Under the pieces are notes generated by a model that was not told where the DNA came from, made no database searches, and saw only the letters and a list, made by a program, of their open reading frames with translations. Below are positions 12,401-25,707 of a DNA stretch of 64,000 nucleotides, in pieces (within the stretch, counting starts at the first letter, position 1; each line of letters opens with the position of its first letter). The position numbers and the translations under genes were made by a program. Source of the stretch: Octopus sinensis (taxonomy: Eukaryota); NCBI RefSeq assembly GCF_006345805.1, contig NC_043011.1:59532464-59596463 (forward strand), in the 5' to 3' direction.

Positions 12401-12773
12401 TCTTTACTCTTTTACTCTTTTACTTGTTTCAGTCATTTGACTGCGGCCATGCTGGAGCACCGCCTTTAGTCGAGTAAATCGACCCCGGGACTTATTCTTT
12501 GTAAGCCTAGTACTTATTCTATCGGTCTCTTTTTGCCGAACCGCTAATGGACATGGACGTAAACACACCAGCATCGGTTGTCAAGGAATGCTAGGGGGAC
12601 AAACACACACACATATATACGACAGGCTTCTTTCAGTTTCCGTCTACCAAATCCACTCACAAGGCATTGGTCGGCCCGGGGCTATAGCAGAAAACACTTG
12701 CCCAAGATGCCACGCAGTGGGACTGAACCCGGAACCATGTGGTTGGTTAGCAAGCTACTTACCACAGAGCCAC
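12398..12773 (-). mobile_element. Family B SINE
   Basis: Near full length, very similar to 32834-33250. Confidence 0.9.
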
Positions 12774-12992
12774 AGGTGAAATATTTGGGATATATTTCTT
12801 CCGGCTGGTTTATCTTCTGAGTTCAAATCACACAGAGGTCAAATTTGCTTTCATGTTTCTGGGTCGATACATTATACATACATACATACATATATATATA
12901 ATGATTCAGCTAAGTTACTATCCCAAATTATCTTTATGGTTTTACCTCTGTGTGTGGTGGGGAGGGGCAAATATACGCACAAAGACACTTAG

Positions 12993-13143
12993 GCAAGGGC
13001 TTCTTTCGGTTTTCGTCTACCAAATTCACTCACAGTACTTTGGTCAGCCTGGGGTTATAGTAAACATTTGCCCAAACATTTGCAGTGTGCTTGAACCCTG
13101 AACCCTGTAGTTGGGAAGCAAGCCTCCTACCACGCAGTTCACG

Positions 13144-13146
<3 letters not shown>
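12993..13146 (-). mobile_element. Family B SINE 5' part
   Basis: Degenerate head and CORE-like segment. Confidence 0.7.
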
Positions 13147-13220
<74 letters not shown>

Positions 13221-13254
13221 GTACGCCTATATATATATATATATTATATATTAT

Positions 13255-13286
<32 letters not shown>

Positions 13287-14140
13287 TATATATGTCTATA
13301 TATATTATATATATATAATATATATATTATATATACTATATCTACATATATACACATATATAAACATATATATAAACATATATATATACACATGTATATA
13401 TATATATACATGCATGTGTGGTTGTGTGTGTGTGTGTGTGCGTGCGCGTGGCGAAATTGAAATTTTTCTAAACGTTAGAATGTCTGTCTGAGGAAAACAA
13501 TTAATTTTTTTTTCTATTTTTTTTTATGCTTTGTGGGTGAGAATTATTGAACAACGAGCAAGAATTATTGTTTTACATTGATTGAAAATATCATCGTTCT
13601 TCATAATCGACTTTTCAAAAAATACAGAAAAAAAATCAAACAAACAAACAGAAAATGAATAAATAAAATTTTCAAGCAAAATAAAAAAAAATAAAATAAA
13701 AATGCTAATTATATTTCCTCATTCATTCCATCTTCTTTCTCTTTTCCTTCTTTTTTTTTTATTTTTTCATTGAATTATTGTGTTTATTTCTTCTGCAAAA
13801 GATGGATGCATATAGATTCTTGATAATAAAGACAGAAAGAAAAAGAAAAAGAAAATGAAAAAAAAAAACTCATTTGCAATGCCAGTCGTTGACGTAGCAT
13901 GGCAGCCATTGAATTTGACACTTGCAGCAAAAGGAAGAAGTCAGCTAATCTCGAAGACAATACAAGCAAGGCCAGGAATTAGTTAAAGCTGACATTATCA
14001 GAGATGGTTTGACTTCGTTGAAACTAAGAGAGTCATTATTATTTATGGAACGAGCTTTCTACAATTCCAAAGGAGACACTTTCTCTTTCTCCTTCCTCTC
14101 CCCCTCTTGCTCTTATTTACTCACCGCCTCTTTGCCTCAT

Positions 14141-14184
<44 letters not shown>

Positions 14185-14424
14185 CTTTTTCTCTGTCATT
14201 TTCTCTCCTTCTTACACTTTTCCTCTCTTTCGTATTATTTATTTCCTTCTCTTTTTCCTCACATTCTTTCTCTCTTTATCTCGCTCTTTCTTCTAAGTCT
14301 TTCACGTTATCTCTCCCTTCCTTTCTCTATTTCTCTCTTTCTTTCTCTGTCATTTTCTCTCTCCTTCTCACAATTTTCGTCTCTTTCTTATTATTATTTC
14401 CATCTCTTTTACCTCTCATTCTTT

Positions 14425-14467
<43 letters not shown>

Positions 14468-14895
14468 AACTCTTTCTTCTATTTCTTTCACGTTATCTCT
14501 CCCTTCCTTCTTCTATTTCTCTATTTCTCTCTTTCTCTCTCTCTCATTTTCTGTTTCCTTCACTTATTTGTGTCTTTTCACTTTCTTTAGTAATAGAAAG
14601 AAAATAAAGACGCAGAAAAACTCATCTCTTTTGTATTATAATTGAGGATTTGAAAGACACTCTTTATTTAATCTCTCATATCCTTGTCGCTTGGGTTTGA
14701 TGTCAAAGGAAAAACACAAACGCCAGAGACGTTATTGTTTAATTAAAACAACAAACACAAAACTAATACAACACTTGTTCGTCATTTGAAATTATTTTCA
14801 AATGAGATGCAGAAAACAACTTTTCTGCTGCAATTTTACTATTATTAATGCATCCATTCACAATTGTTTTTGAGTGTATGCATATTTACATACGC

Positions 14896-15210
14896 GTGAA
14901 GGCGCGTGCCTTACAGATTAGGGTCTTTGGTTCACGATCGTAAGGTCATGGGTTCGATCCGCGGCGATGCGTTGGGTCCTTGCGCGAGATAATTTATTTC
15001 ACGTTTCGTCAGTTCGCTCAGGTGACAAAACTGAGTTGTACCTGTAATTAGAAGGAGCAGCTTTGTCAAATGCTGTGTCACATCGAAACGCCTTCGGAAC
15101 AACATTAAGAGTAGGCGTGTCTGCGCAGTGCCCGGTGACGTGAAGGTTAATTTCACCAGCAGGATGTTCCTCTCCTAGAGAGATGTTCTGACAATATGTA
15201 GGGGTTTCCA
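14896..15210 (+). mobile_element. Family D SINE (tail type 1)
   Basis: gtgaaggcgcgtg head, B-box gggttcgatcc, tail gttgtacctgtaatt shared with 18363 and 46436. Confidence 0.75.
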
Positions 15211-15846
15211 TCACTCCTGGTGTCTTTATTACTTGTTAATCCAAGCATAGCTGGAGCCCTGACAGGTGTTTGTACTCCGAGGGTGAGTGTAGACCTGAGA
15301 ATAACAGTCGCTGAGGTGTTTCCTCCACCCTCAAAACCTTGGAGCTCCTGAACCAGGTCCCCACACCTGGAAGATTAAATTTATACCCAGGACAGCTCAT
15401 ATACACAGAGACAGACAGACGTGTGTCCGTTTCGAATGAGACAATGTTGTTGAGAGTGAAGAAACAATAGACTATTTCGGCGTATTTGCTCTTATGAAAA
15501 TAAAATTAACGGCCAGAAGTTTTCTTTATGAAACCAGTTATGATAATGAAGTCTGCAGCAGTATAATCGTATTTCCAAATAGATTTCAATAACTCGCACG
15601 TCTCCGTTAAATGTCGTCATATTGCGCCAAAACGGAGAGTAATCATATAATATACATTATGTACCGAATTATATTGTAAGAGATATGGCCAGTCGTTCAT
15701 ATACTCTATATTGTCTCTACGGTATGCAGTTGCCATTAGTACAAGCTGGCTAACGGAAATCAAATATGAATTAATAACACGCATTTATATAGTTATGAAT
15801 ATAGATATGTATGTGTGTCTGTATGTCTGCAGAGAGGGAGATGTGG

Positions 15847-15909
<63 letters not shown>

Positions 15910-15911
<2 letters not shown>

Positions 15912-16300
15912 TAGTTTTATTTTTATAGCGTGCTTTCATTTCACTACCGAGCGCAGCTCTGTGTGCCTTGGGTATGTGTTGTGATTTGTTGTAGACCTCT
16001 GATTGTTACTGTATTGAAAGTGTTCTGCGTAGGATGTGTGCAGTGCCCAGTGGTGAAATTTTCTGTATGTTATATGTGTTTGTAAGTCCTGGTGTTTTTG
16101 TTATGTATTTGTCTGAATATTTTTTATAATATTTTTTATCATACCTAATGCGCCTACTATGATAGGAATTGTTTCTGTTTTTAGATTCCACATTCGAGTT
16201 ACCTCCATTTCCAGGTCTTTGTATTTTGAAAGTTTCTCCATTTCTTTTAGGGACACGTAGTCATCTGCTGGTATTGATAAATCAATTAGAAAGCATTTTT
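15910..16300 (-). mobile_element. R4/Dong-type non-LTR retrotransposon 3' end (RLE domain and 3' UTR)
   Basis: KCFLIDLSIPADDYVSLKEMEKLSKYKDLEMEVTRMWNLKTETIPIIVGALGMIK...IQKISPLGTAHILRRTLS; flanked on both sides by (TAA)n, the known Dong target. Confidence 0.9.
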
Positions 16301-16338
16301 TAATTATTATTATCATTATTATTATTATTATTATTATT

Positions 16339-16377
<39 letters not shown>

Positions 16378-16601
16378 ATCATCATTATTTCGTCTGTCGT
16401 TGTCGAAGATGACCAAGAACATCGCGCGAGGGAAGATGGGTTGTGACCGGCTGTGGCCGATCCGTTCGAGGCGAGTTCGGAAAGTTCTGTTGCAGTTCAG
16501 GCCCTGTTGGTCTGCTGGTACTGAAAACAACGAGCTGGTTCTGGATTTGCGTTGTTCGTGCCTTTTTTCTGCCCCTGCAATCCTGTTCTGTTCGTAGGGG
16601 C

Positions 16602-16653
16602 AAGTTTTTCGGTCTTTTGTATGACCTCGTCAGTATAGTAATAGTACTAACTT
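16602..16653 (-). ncRNA. Candidate hammerhead ribozyme motif (type III-like, imperfect)
   Basis: CUGACGA GGUC-auacaaaa-GACC GAAA is perfect; AAGUU/AACUU could form stem III, but the stem I and cleavage-site register is imperfect. Confidence 0.4.
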
Positions 16654-17235
16654 TTCCGTAAATCAGGTTTTTGGCAAATTTCCAAGCAGAAAAATATTTG
16701 GTAGAGCATTTAGTGGAATATATGTCATCTAGAATATTTAAGTCTATTCCAGAGCCAGAGAGCGCAGAGTGTCCTCAAGAAAAGTACTTAATTTCACGGT
16801 GTTGCAGTTCAATCAGCTGAAAACACGTATCCACAGTTACGAGAAGTAACCGTATGACAAACCGGCCTTCTGTCCAGGTTGAATCTCATTAGATTAATAC
16901 TTTTATTAATACTAGAAACCGCCCATTACATTATTTTCCGGTTTAAGTGGTTACACGGATTGCAATTAATATTTTAAATGCAAACACGTCTGAAACCACT
17001 TTGTTATCCCCTTGACTAAAATCCTGATTCTGTTTCTTAACAGAATTTACTCAAGCCAGTGATGATTTCTCTTCCACTGCAACTTAAACGTGTTCGCCCT
17101 ATCTGTTCTTAATCTTCAGCTTTGGGTATCCTGTCTTCTCTCTGTTAAAGATCCGGTTCTTTTTATTGGTTGCAGATGTGTCTCTAAACTCGCTTTGCAA
17201 ACAGCACATTTAATGACATCCCATCCTAGTATACC

Positions 17236-17461
17236 TATTTCTTTACTACCCACAAGGGGCTAAACACAGAGGGGACAAACAAGGAGAGAAATAGTTATCA
17301 AGTCGATTATATCGACACCAGTGCGTAACTGGTACTTAATTTATCGACCCCGAAAGGATGAAAGGCAAAGTCGACCTCGGCGGAATTTGAACTCACAACG
17401 TAACGACAGACGAAATACGGCTACGCATTTGGCCCGGCGTGCTAACGTTTCTGCCAGCTCG
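17236..17461 (-). mobile_element. Family A SINE
   Basis: Full reverse-complement copy of the family A consensus. Confidence 0.9.
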
Positions 17462-17654
17462 TGGTAACGCCACTTCTCACATACAGTGGGTTTTAGTTGG
17501 GCCTTGTTTTAATCCGCTGATCCATCAGAAATGGCTGCCTAAGGTCACTAGTTTTACAAGTTTGTTAAAGTCCTTGTACGATGCCACATATCGGCAGTCG
17601 CTTAAACTAACTCCGATACTTGATTTTATTAACAGAGTTATGGATCAGAGCTAC

Positions 17655-17910
17655 GGAGGTGTGTGGCTCAGCAGCTAAAGTGCTGCACTCACAATCATAA
17701 AATCGTGGTTTCGACTCCCATACCTGATGCTGCGTTGTGTTTTTGAGTAGAAACACTCCATTAATTCACGCTACTCCAGTTTATTCAGCTGGGAAGTTAA
17801 ACCTGCGACGGACTGGCGACACATCCAGTGGAGAGTGCTGTAGTCCCAATCACCACGGAAACTAAGTAAAGCTCCGACTTTATGAGTTCAAGGACTCACC
17901 ACAGACCCCT
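17655..17910 (+). mobile_element. Family D SINE head with tail type 3
   Basis: tRNA-like head, CORE-like middle, aacctgcgacggactggcgacacatccag tail. Confidence 0.75.
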
Positions 17911-18362
17911 ACAGATGTAGAATTAGCTACGATGATCCACCTTTTCCCACATCCTTCCTTAGAAGCACCTCAATATTTCAGATCAAACCAAAGCGAATAT
18001 TTGCACAGTTCTGTCCGTTGAGATAAACACCAGGTATCACAGGTTCAGACAAGTTTAAGACGTCGTCACGCAACTCCAATGTTTAGTGTTCCGATAATGT
18101 CCAAGACCAGTTTCGCCAACAAGATCCTTGTTGCTTTCCTCCAAAGTTCTTCAATCGTATCCAACTCGCTAGTCTAACCGTTGTTGGTCTCGCGCCCAAA
18201 ACAGTCCTTGCAGCTATTTCTAGCAACTCAATCCTACAGACCACACCCCGTTCCATGCGTTGCTTCTGTTCTTATTATTATAACCGATATTGGTTTAAGA
18301 GTTTCTGAAGCACTTGGCACCTTCGCCGATGTTGTTACTACAGTTAGTTATTCTATTCCCCT

Positions 18363-18746
18363 GTGGAGGCGCAATGGCCCAGTGGTTAGGGTAGCGGACT
18401 CGCGGTCATAGGATCGCGGTTTCGATTCCCAGACCGGGCGTTGTGAGTGTTTATTGAGCGAAAACACCTAAAAGCTCCACGAGGCTCCGGCAGGGGGTGG
18501 TGATCCCTGCTGTACTCTTTCACCACAACTTTCTCTCACTCTTACTTCCTGTTTCTGTTGTACCTGTATTTCAAGGGGCCGGGGCCGGCCTTGTCACTCT
18601 CTGTGTCACGCTGAATATCCCCGAGAATTACGTTAAGGGTGCACGTGTCTGTGGAGTGCTCAGCCACTTACACGCTAATTTCACGAGCAGGCTGTTCCGT
18701 TGATTCGGATCAACCGGAACCCTCATCGTCGTAACCGACGGAGTGC
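18363..18746 (+). mobile_element. Family C SINE (tRNA-Arg-like head, tail type 1), near full length
   Basis: ggaggcgcaatggcccagtggttaggg A-box, ggtttcgattccc B-box; ends gtaaccgacggagtgc. Confidence 0.9.
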
Positions 18747-19074
18747 TTCCATCTATTCTATTCCCATTAGTTTCAAATATTTCTTTCAACCTTCTCTGAC
18801 AGAGGAGACTGGATAATTCCATTGTGCAAATATTCTTCCACTACTACATCTGTAACCATTTCCAAATAGTTTGTTTCGGCAAACGTTGGGTAATAAAGCT
18901 CGATTATTTTTCCCTCGGAGGGAAGATATTAAACAACAAAATGCTCTCTTTAGTTACTGAATATGTTACAAAGTCAGTGATGCATTAAAGTGCGACTAAA
19001 TTTATCGGAGAAAACATATTGGTCCGAAATTTTAAGAATTTTGCTTTCAAGTCAGACTCAGTCAGCAATCAACG

Positions 19075-19940
19075 AGGTGGTAGTGGTAATGGTGGTGCTG
19101 GTGGTGGCGGTGCTAGTGAGAATATTGGTGGTGGTGGTGGTGGTGGTGGTGGTGGCAGCGATGCTAGCGATGATATTGGTGGTGCTGGTGGTGGCGGTGG
19201 TGGCGGTGCTAATGATGATATTGTTGCTGTTGCTGGTGGTGGTGGTGGTGGTGGTATTGGTGATGCTGGTGGCGACGGTGCTAATGATGATATTGGTGGT
19301 ATGGGTGGTGGTGGTGGTTTTGCTACTGGTTGTTGTAGTATCGTTGGTAGTGGGAGTATTGGTTGTTGTCGGGTTGGTGGTGGTGGTGGTGGTGGTGTGG
19401 TACCGTTGGTAGTGGGGGTATTGGTTGTTGTCGAGTTGGTGGTATTGATGGTGGTGGTGGTGGTGGTACCGTTGGTAGTGGGGGTATTGGTTGTTGTCGG
19501 GTTGGTGGTATTGATGGTGGTGGTGGTGGTGGTACCGTTGGTAGTGGGGGTATGGTTGTTGTCGGGTTGGTGGTATTGATGGTGGTGGTGGTGGTGGTAC
19601 CGTTGGTAGTGGGGGTATTGGTTGTTGTCGAGTTGGTGGTATTGATGGTGGTGGTGGTGGTGGTACCGTTGGTAGTGGGGGTATTGGTTGTTGTCGGGTT
19701 GGTGGTATTGATGGTGGTGGTGGTGGTGGTGGTGGTACCGTTGGTAGTGGGGGTATTGGTTGTTGTCGAGTTGGTGGTATTGATGGTGGTGGTGGTGGTG
19801 GTACCGTTGGTAGTGGGGGTATTGGTTGTTGTCGAGTTGGTGGTATTGATGGTGGTGGTGGTGGTGGTACCGTTGGTAGTGGGGGTATTGGTTGTTGTCG
19901 AGTTGGTGGTATTGATGGTGGTGGTGGTGGTGGTGGTGGC
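19075..19940. repeat. (GGT)n-rich tract grading into a 66-bp minisatellite (about 9 copies, 19339-19939)
   Basis: Unit taccgttggtagtgggggtattggttgttgtcgagttggtggtattgat(ggt)n, with starts at 19401, 19467 and onward. Confidence 0.95.
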
Positions 19941-20421
19941 AGTCGTTGTTCCAATCAACCAAAGAAACTCTATTTCCATTGGGTGTTTGTTTTCTAATTG
20001 TTGACACAGTCTTACAGTTGCAACCACAGACGATATCACAATTCTACGGGGACGGTGCGATATTTGAATTCAAAAGGCACAGAGCCGGAACGCTTACTAC
20101 AAAGTATCCTTTGTGATCATGTAAATATTTTGCAAACTCTCTGCTATCCACCCTTAGACTAGGATTTTTTATTGACCCTGAAATTAAGAAATACAAAATT
20201 GACGTGCTAGTGACTTGAACTCGGAGTACAAAGAATCGGATGAAATAGCACGAAGCGTTTTATCCAAGGGCCATAATGACTCTATCATTTTACCAACAAA
20301 GTAGTCAATGGTTCCTCACTCAGAAATGAAAAGCATCATAACTAAATACTCAAGACATTTTTATCCGGCATCGCCAATAATAATAACAATAATAATAATA
20401 ACAATAATAATAATAATATTA

Positions 20422-20457
<36 letters not shown>

Positions 20458-20489
20458 ATCTTTGCTGCTGAAGACACATGGTCTGAAGT

Positions 20490-20666
20490 GTTGGGGAGGG
20501 GACTCATCGATCACATCGACCCCGGTGTTTCACTGGTACTTAATTTATCGACAACGAAAGGATGAATGGCTAAGTAGACTTCGGTGGAATTTGAACTCAG
20601 AACGTAGCGACGGGTGAAATACCATTAAACATTTCGGCTGGAGCGCTAACGTTTCTGCCAGCTCGC
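20490..20666 (-). mobile_element. Family A SINE
   Basis: Reverse-complement core domain and head. Confidence 0.85.
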
Positions 20667-21091
20667 AGAAGAAGAAGAAGAAGAAGAAAGAAGAAGAAGA
20701 AGAAGAAGAAAAGAAGAAGAATTCTTTCTAATGTTGGATCAAGACCAGCAGTTTTGAGAGAAAGTGTAAGAGGATTTAATCAACTTCAGTACTTTATTTT
20801 ATCGACCCCCAAATGCAAAGTTCTCCAGGTGGGATTTTACACCAGAGCGTAAAGAAGTTGAAGAAATGCCATAACAATTGTGCCAGTTCACTGATTTTTT
20901 TATAGCTTCAAATTCCGGTACAAGGCTGAGATGTTACACGCATACTGATAGGATTTCGCTGATGCACCAATGTCCACAACAAACTGCATCGAGTTATCAG
21001 ATTGTATCTAGATTTTCTGCAAGACAGTAGCTATGGTGAGAGCCTAGGTTTTATAGGTTATTGTTAATATCAAGTTAGAATTTTGCGTTAA

Positions 21092-21240
21092 AATTTCGCC
21101 GAGGTCGAATTTTCCTTTCATCCTTTCGGGGGTCGATGAAAAACGTACCAGTTGAGTACTGAGGACGTTGGAACAAATTTACCCCCTTCTCCCACCAAAA
21201 AACATTGCGGGTCCTGTGCCAAAGTTTGAAATCAACATTA
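21092..21240 (+). mobile_element. Family A SINE fragment
   Basis: gccgaggtcga...cctttcatcctttcgggg core. Confidence 0.75.
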
Positions 21241-22355
21241 ATTTATCATTTTGTATCTGTGAATATTTGAACCACATTATTTACTAGAATATTGATCAGA
21301 AGTATTTTTTTTACATTATATACATCATATACATTATATACATCGTAACTAACTAAAACGGTTAATATATTATAGCATTAAATATATAAATTAATATCAT
21401 TAGTATATATATAGTATATATATTAATGTATACAGACAATTAATATAATACTTAATATTTCTTTTTATGTATACTAACAAATGTGCTTTTTGGTCTTTAT
21501 CAATTATGTGAATATATTTTTTCTTACTTTCTCTACCGGTGAGAAATCTAAAGGGTTGCAACAGGTGAAGTTTATATAATTATAACTTAAATTATAAAAT
21601 GCAAACGTAGAAATGGGGATTGTCATTTAAACGGTGAAAATAACATTTCTGCCCTATAAGAAATGTATTTTTTAGAAAATAACTGCGTTAAATGTTCATC
21701 TGCAAATATGAAAACCATGTATAAAAAATATGTATAGCATAAATAAAGAGTACTCGAAAAAAAAATTAAAACCGAAAATGTATTGGAATATATCGATAAA
21801 ACTGTACGTGTTATAAACAATAATAAAAAAAAACAATAATGATTAGAATAAGTTGAAAAATAATTCCCAAACCAGTCTGGTGCGGCTGCCTTTAAATTAT
21901 CGACTCATACTTTAAAAATTCAGCGTGAAAACTATGCACACAATTTTCACAAATATACCTCTTTTTTAAAATAAAAGAAAAAAAAATTTAATATATACAA
22001 TTTGATACAAACGAAAATCACATGAGATGTCCGCCATAATGTCTCCAACAGTTCATATGAGTCAAGTGAAATCGTGTGATTCTTGCTTTATTGAAATGAT
22101 AAACTTTATCTACGAAGTGTTCTCATGCAACAATATCTAAATATATGTAATATTTGTGGACCATGGAGGGTATTGAAAAGCTCATTTTGTTCTCAATATC
22201 AGAGCTGATCAAACATATTTTTTCTATTGCTATATTTTCATACACCAACACAGAATTCTATGGTTAGTTAGTTTTGCACGCAATAAAGCAAAAAAGCAAA
22301 CTTCTTTTTAAACGTCCCCATTCTGTCATATATGTATATATATATATATATAATA

Positions 22356-22395
<40 letters not shown>

Positions 22396-22688
22396 TACAT
22401 ATTTCTATATATCTTATATCTATCAAGCTATAGCTATCTATCTATCAATCTATCTATATATATATACATATTTTATATATATTATATATATTTATATGTA
22501 CTTGCATATATATGTATAAGTACACACACATATATATATGTGTGTGTGTGTGTGTGTGCGTGTACATGCTTATATTGATATGTATATATATATATCCATA
22601 CATACATACATATATATACATGTATATATATATATATATATATGCATATATATATGCATATATGCATATATATATATATATATATGTG

Positions 22689-22719
<31 letters not shown>

Positions 22720-23549
22720 AGAATGATTCAACATGTTTTTTTTTAATTGTAGAATCTGTATTTATCAAAAAAATAATTCTATTCGATAGTTCTCTGTTCC
22801 TTGCCATTAATTTCGAACGGAATTCATGAAAGTATATATGCTTCTACAGACTGAGAGTTTCATCCCAATTGAAAGATTATGGTAACTCTATTGAGTTATT
22901 CTGTTCAGAATAATTCTCCAGCCATTTCTATTGAAACATTAATTTCCCTTAATATCAAATAATAGTTTGTAAATTCTGAAAAAGATCTTAATGGACAAGC
23001 TGTGGCAGAGGAATTTTATGTCATATTTTCAACTTCATCAGTTATCTGCATATCGATTCCACATATTTCAGCTGCTCTGTCTACAGTATCTTTTGCATCT
23101 TCATTCCTTTTCATCTAATTTTGTGTCTTTTCTACTTCACTTTACCACCATGAACTTTTCTCTGGTCACGCTCGTCTTGCTATTCTTAGCTAATTATTGG
23201 GGAATTTTTTTGCCCAGACACACCTTATTTTCATCGAATATTACATCTATTTTGTCTAACTTCAGGGCTACATTTTGCCTCTGTTATTATTTGTAAGACT
23301 GCCGTATGCTTCAGTATATTTTCGTAGGCATTGAAGGTCGTTCACTTCTGGGTTATGCTTCTTATGACTCAAACATCGAATAATTCCGCTCTAGAATCTC
23401 TGTTTACCTATCTAACGGACTACCATACTCTTCCTTTCTCTCCCCACCTATCATTCTATCGTATATACACACACCAACACAAACACCGACACACATACAC
23501 ACACATATATATACATACACATACATACATATATATGTATTTATATTTT

Positions 23550-23724
23550 TTTCTCTCCTTGTTTCTCTCCGTGTTTCTTTTCTGTGTATCTTTCTGTTGA
23601 AGAGCGTAGGCTCGAAACGTAAAAGACTTGTTCTATTTATATTCCTGAGCGCCATACTAATACAATTGTTTGTTTGTATTCCACCTACCTTCGTCTTTTG
23701 CTTATTTTCATAAAGCTTCCCGTT
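23550..23724 (+). mobile_element. Penelope-like terminal-repeat remnant with mutated minimal hammerhead (23589-23626)
   Basis: ucuuu CUGUUGA A GAGC-guag-GCUC GAAA CG UA aaaga; downstream part homologous to 43308-43410; abuts (TA)n. Confidence 0.65.
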
Positions 23725-23726
23725 AT

Positions 23727-23791
<65 letters not shown>

Positions 23792-23792
23792 A

Positions 23793-23843
<51 letters not shown>

Positions 23844-23847
<4 letters not shown>

Positions 23848-24400
23848 AAATGAAGTTAAAAATGTCGAGAATATATTAGAAGTAATTAGAATTTAGTTAT
23901 ATCTTAATTATATAGGCATACACTTATATTAGATTTTCAAAAGTGTGTATTATATGGAGCTAAGTCATAAATTATGTATGTCCTGGCTGTTGCTATAAAA
24001 ATCATTTGTTTTTAAATTAGAAATGTTTTTCAGAATGCTTTCCGTTGATATACAGATTGATTCATCAACTTTCACGTGGTGCAAGAAGGTCTCATAAACG
24101 CTTTTCTCCATCGATTATGTCATCTGACAGTTAGAAAACGAAGATATTAATGAGTGATATATTATTTGTTTACATAAAAATGTTGGAGACAGTTATTGTT
24201 TATTATTATCATAATTATGGCCAGAATATACATAATTCGGCAAACAGCTCCATATAGTGTACACATTTGAAAACCTAATGAGAAATGAGTCAGGTTTATT
24301 CCTATATTCAAATATAATCAAATTCTAATTAATTCTAGTATATTCTCAATGCCTTTTTAAACTTCGTTTCTTCTATTCATGCACTTGTTTGGATGAATAA
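23844..24400. mobile_element. Foldback element with about 75-bp terminal inverted repeats inside (TA)n
   Basis: 23844-23920 is the reverse complement of 24297-24372 (aagaaatgaagtt...gagaatatattagaagtaattagaattt). Confidence 0.65.
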
Positions 24401-25707
24401 CAATATATATATATATATATATATAAATATATATTTATTTATTTATACAGAGAGAGAGAGAGAGAGAAAGAGAAATAAACATAAATATGTGTCTATCTAT
24501 CTATAAAATGTTGTGATGAAAGCTGTGATAGATTAAAGCTACGAGTTTCTCTGAAGTTTTTCAATAATAAATTCAAGGATCTTTTGCCATCATTTGCTAT
24601 GACAATTGAACATTTATAAGAACAGGACAATTTGTTCCTAAATAATATCGTTTCACAACATTCATATTATACGATCCATAATGCCCAAAGCTATTTTTTC
24701 TTCCTCAACCACGATCACCGCTATGGAATTTCATATTCTTTGGATCTAAACCTAGATCTAACACTAACTTTAACATTAACCATACCCCCAAGCCTAATTC
24801 CGCTTTTTATATATTTTTTTGTTCATCCTTGTTAGGAATCCCTACAATCAAATAATATTTCATTGTTGCAGAAATTCCTGTAAGAGGAAACTTATGGTAT
24901 ATTTTATTAAAAGATTGATGAGCGGTAAACCAGCACACGACTTATAATAAACCGCTATCAACATTCACTTGCATAGCGTTTCGATAAATATGAATAAATT
25001 TCTGTGCGGCATAACTTTTCTTCTTTACAACGTCGCTGCGAGATATCGACAATTTCTATGTGTCCTACCCTGGGCATCAGGAAGGATTGCCTTTTATCTT
25101 AACATTCTGTTTTTCATTTTAATGGAATAGAATTCTAAGGATCAAGTTGCTCTAGGAATGTTGCATGCTGCCTCATTGTAAATAGGTTTTGTAAAGATAT
25201 TCTCATGCATTTTGTATGCTGTATGCATAGATATTACACGTTATGAATTTTATCTTCATTTTGTGAGATTTCCTTCCTGAGAAATACTTTCTTGAAATTT
25301 TTCTATACATACGTATGAAAAATTCTTTCTAAAGCTATTCCTTACTTCCGATTCATATGTCGTTTTCTGTTGAAATAGAGATATTGCAACTGTCATGTCA
25401 ACTACAGCACAACGTATGAATGAGGAAATCTTTAGGTGGTCGCAGCACCTGCTAGATATGGAAACCAAATCTCAATCATAACACCCATTACTATGTTAAT
25501 AAAAGTAATAGCACGTTAAGATAATCAACACCGTCTGAAATAGGTGATGCCTGACAAGACGGGAAGTTTTCTATTGAAATTCATTTGATTATAGGTCTGA
25601 ACACTTTGGGCGGATCTGGGATAAATTACTAATACTGCTACTACTACTATAACTACTACAGCTGTTGCTGCTGCTGCTGCTGCTGCTGTTGCTGTTGCTG
25701 TTGCTGT

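Noticed and set aside
18363-18440. tRNA gene (also other SINE heads)
   Set aside because: A/B boxes are present, but the head continues into a multi-copy SINE body with no clean cloverleaf or terminator.
18990-20039. Long Gly-, Pro-, His- and Thr-rich ORFs resembling extensin or mucin
   Set aside because: Open in several frames on both strands because of a (GGT)n and 66-bp minisatellite; no splice or domain support.
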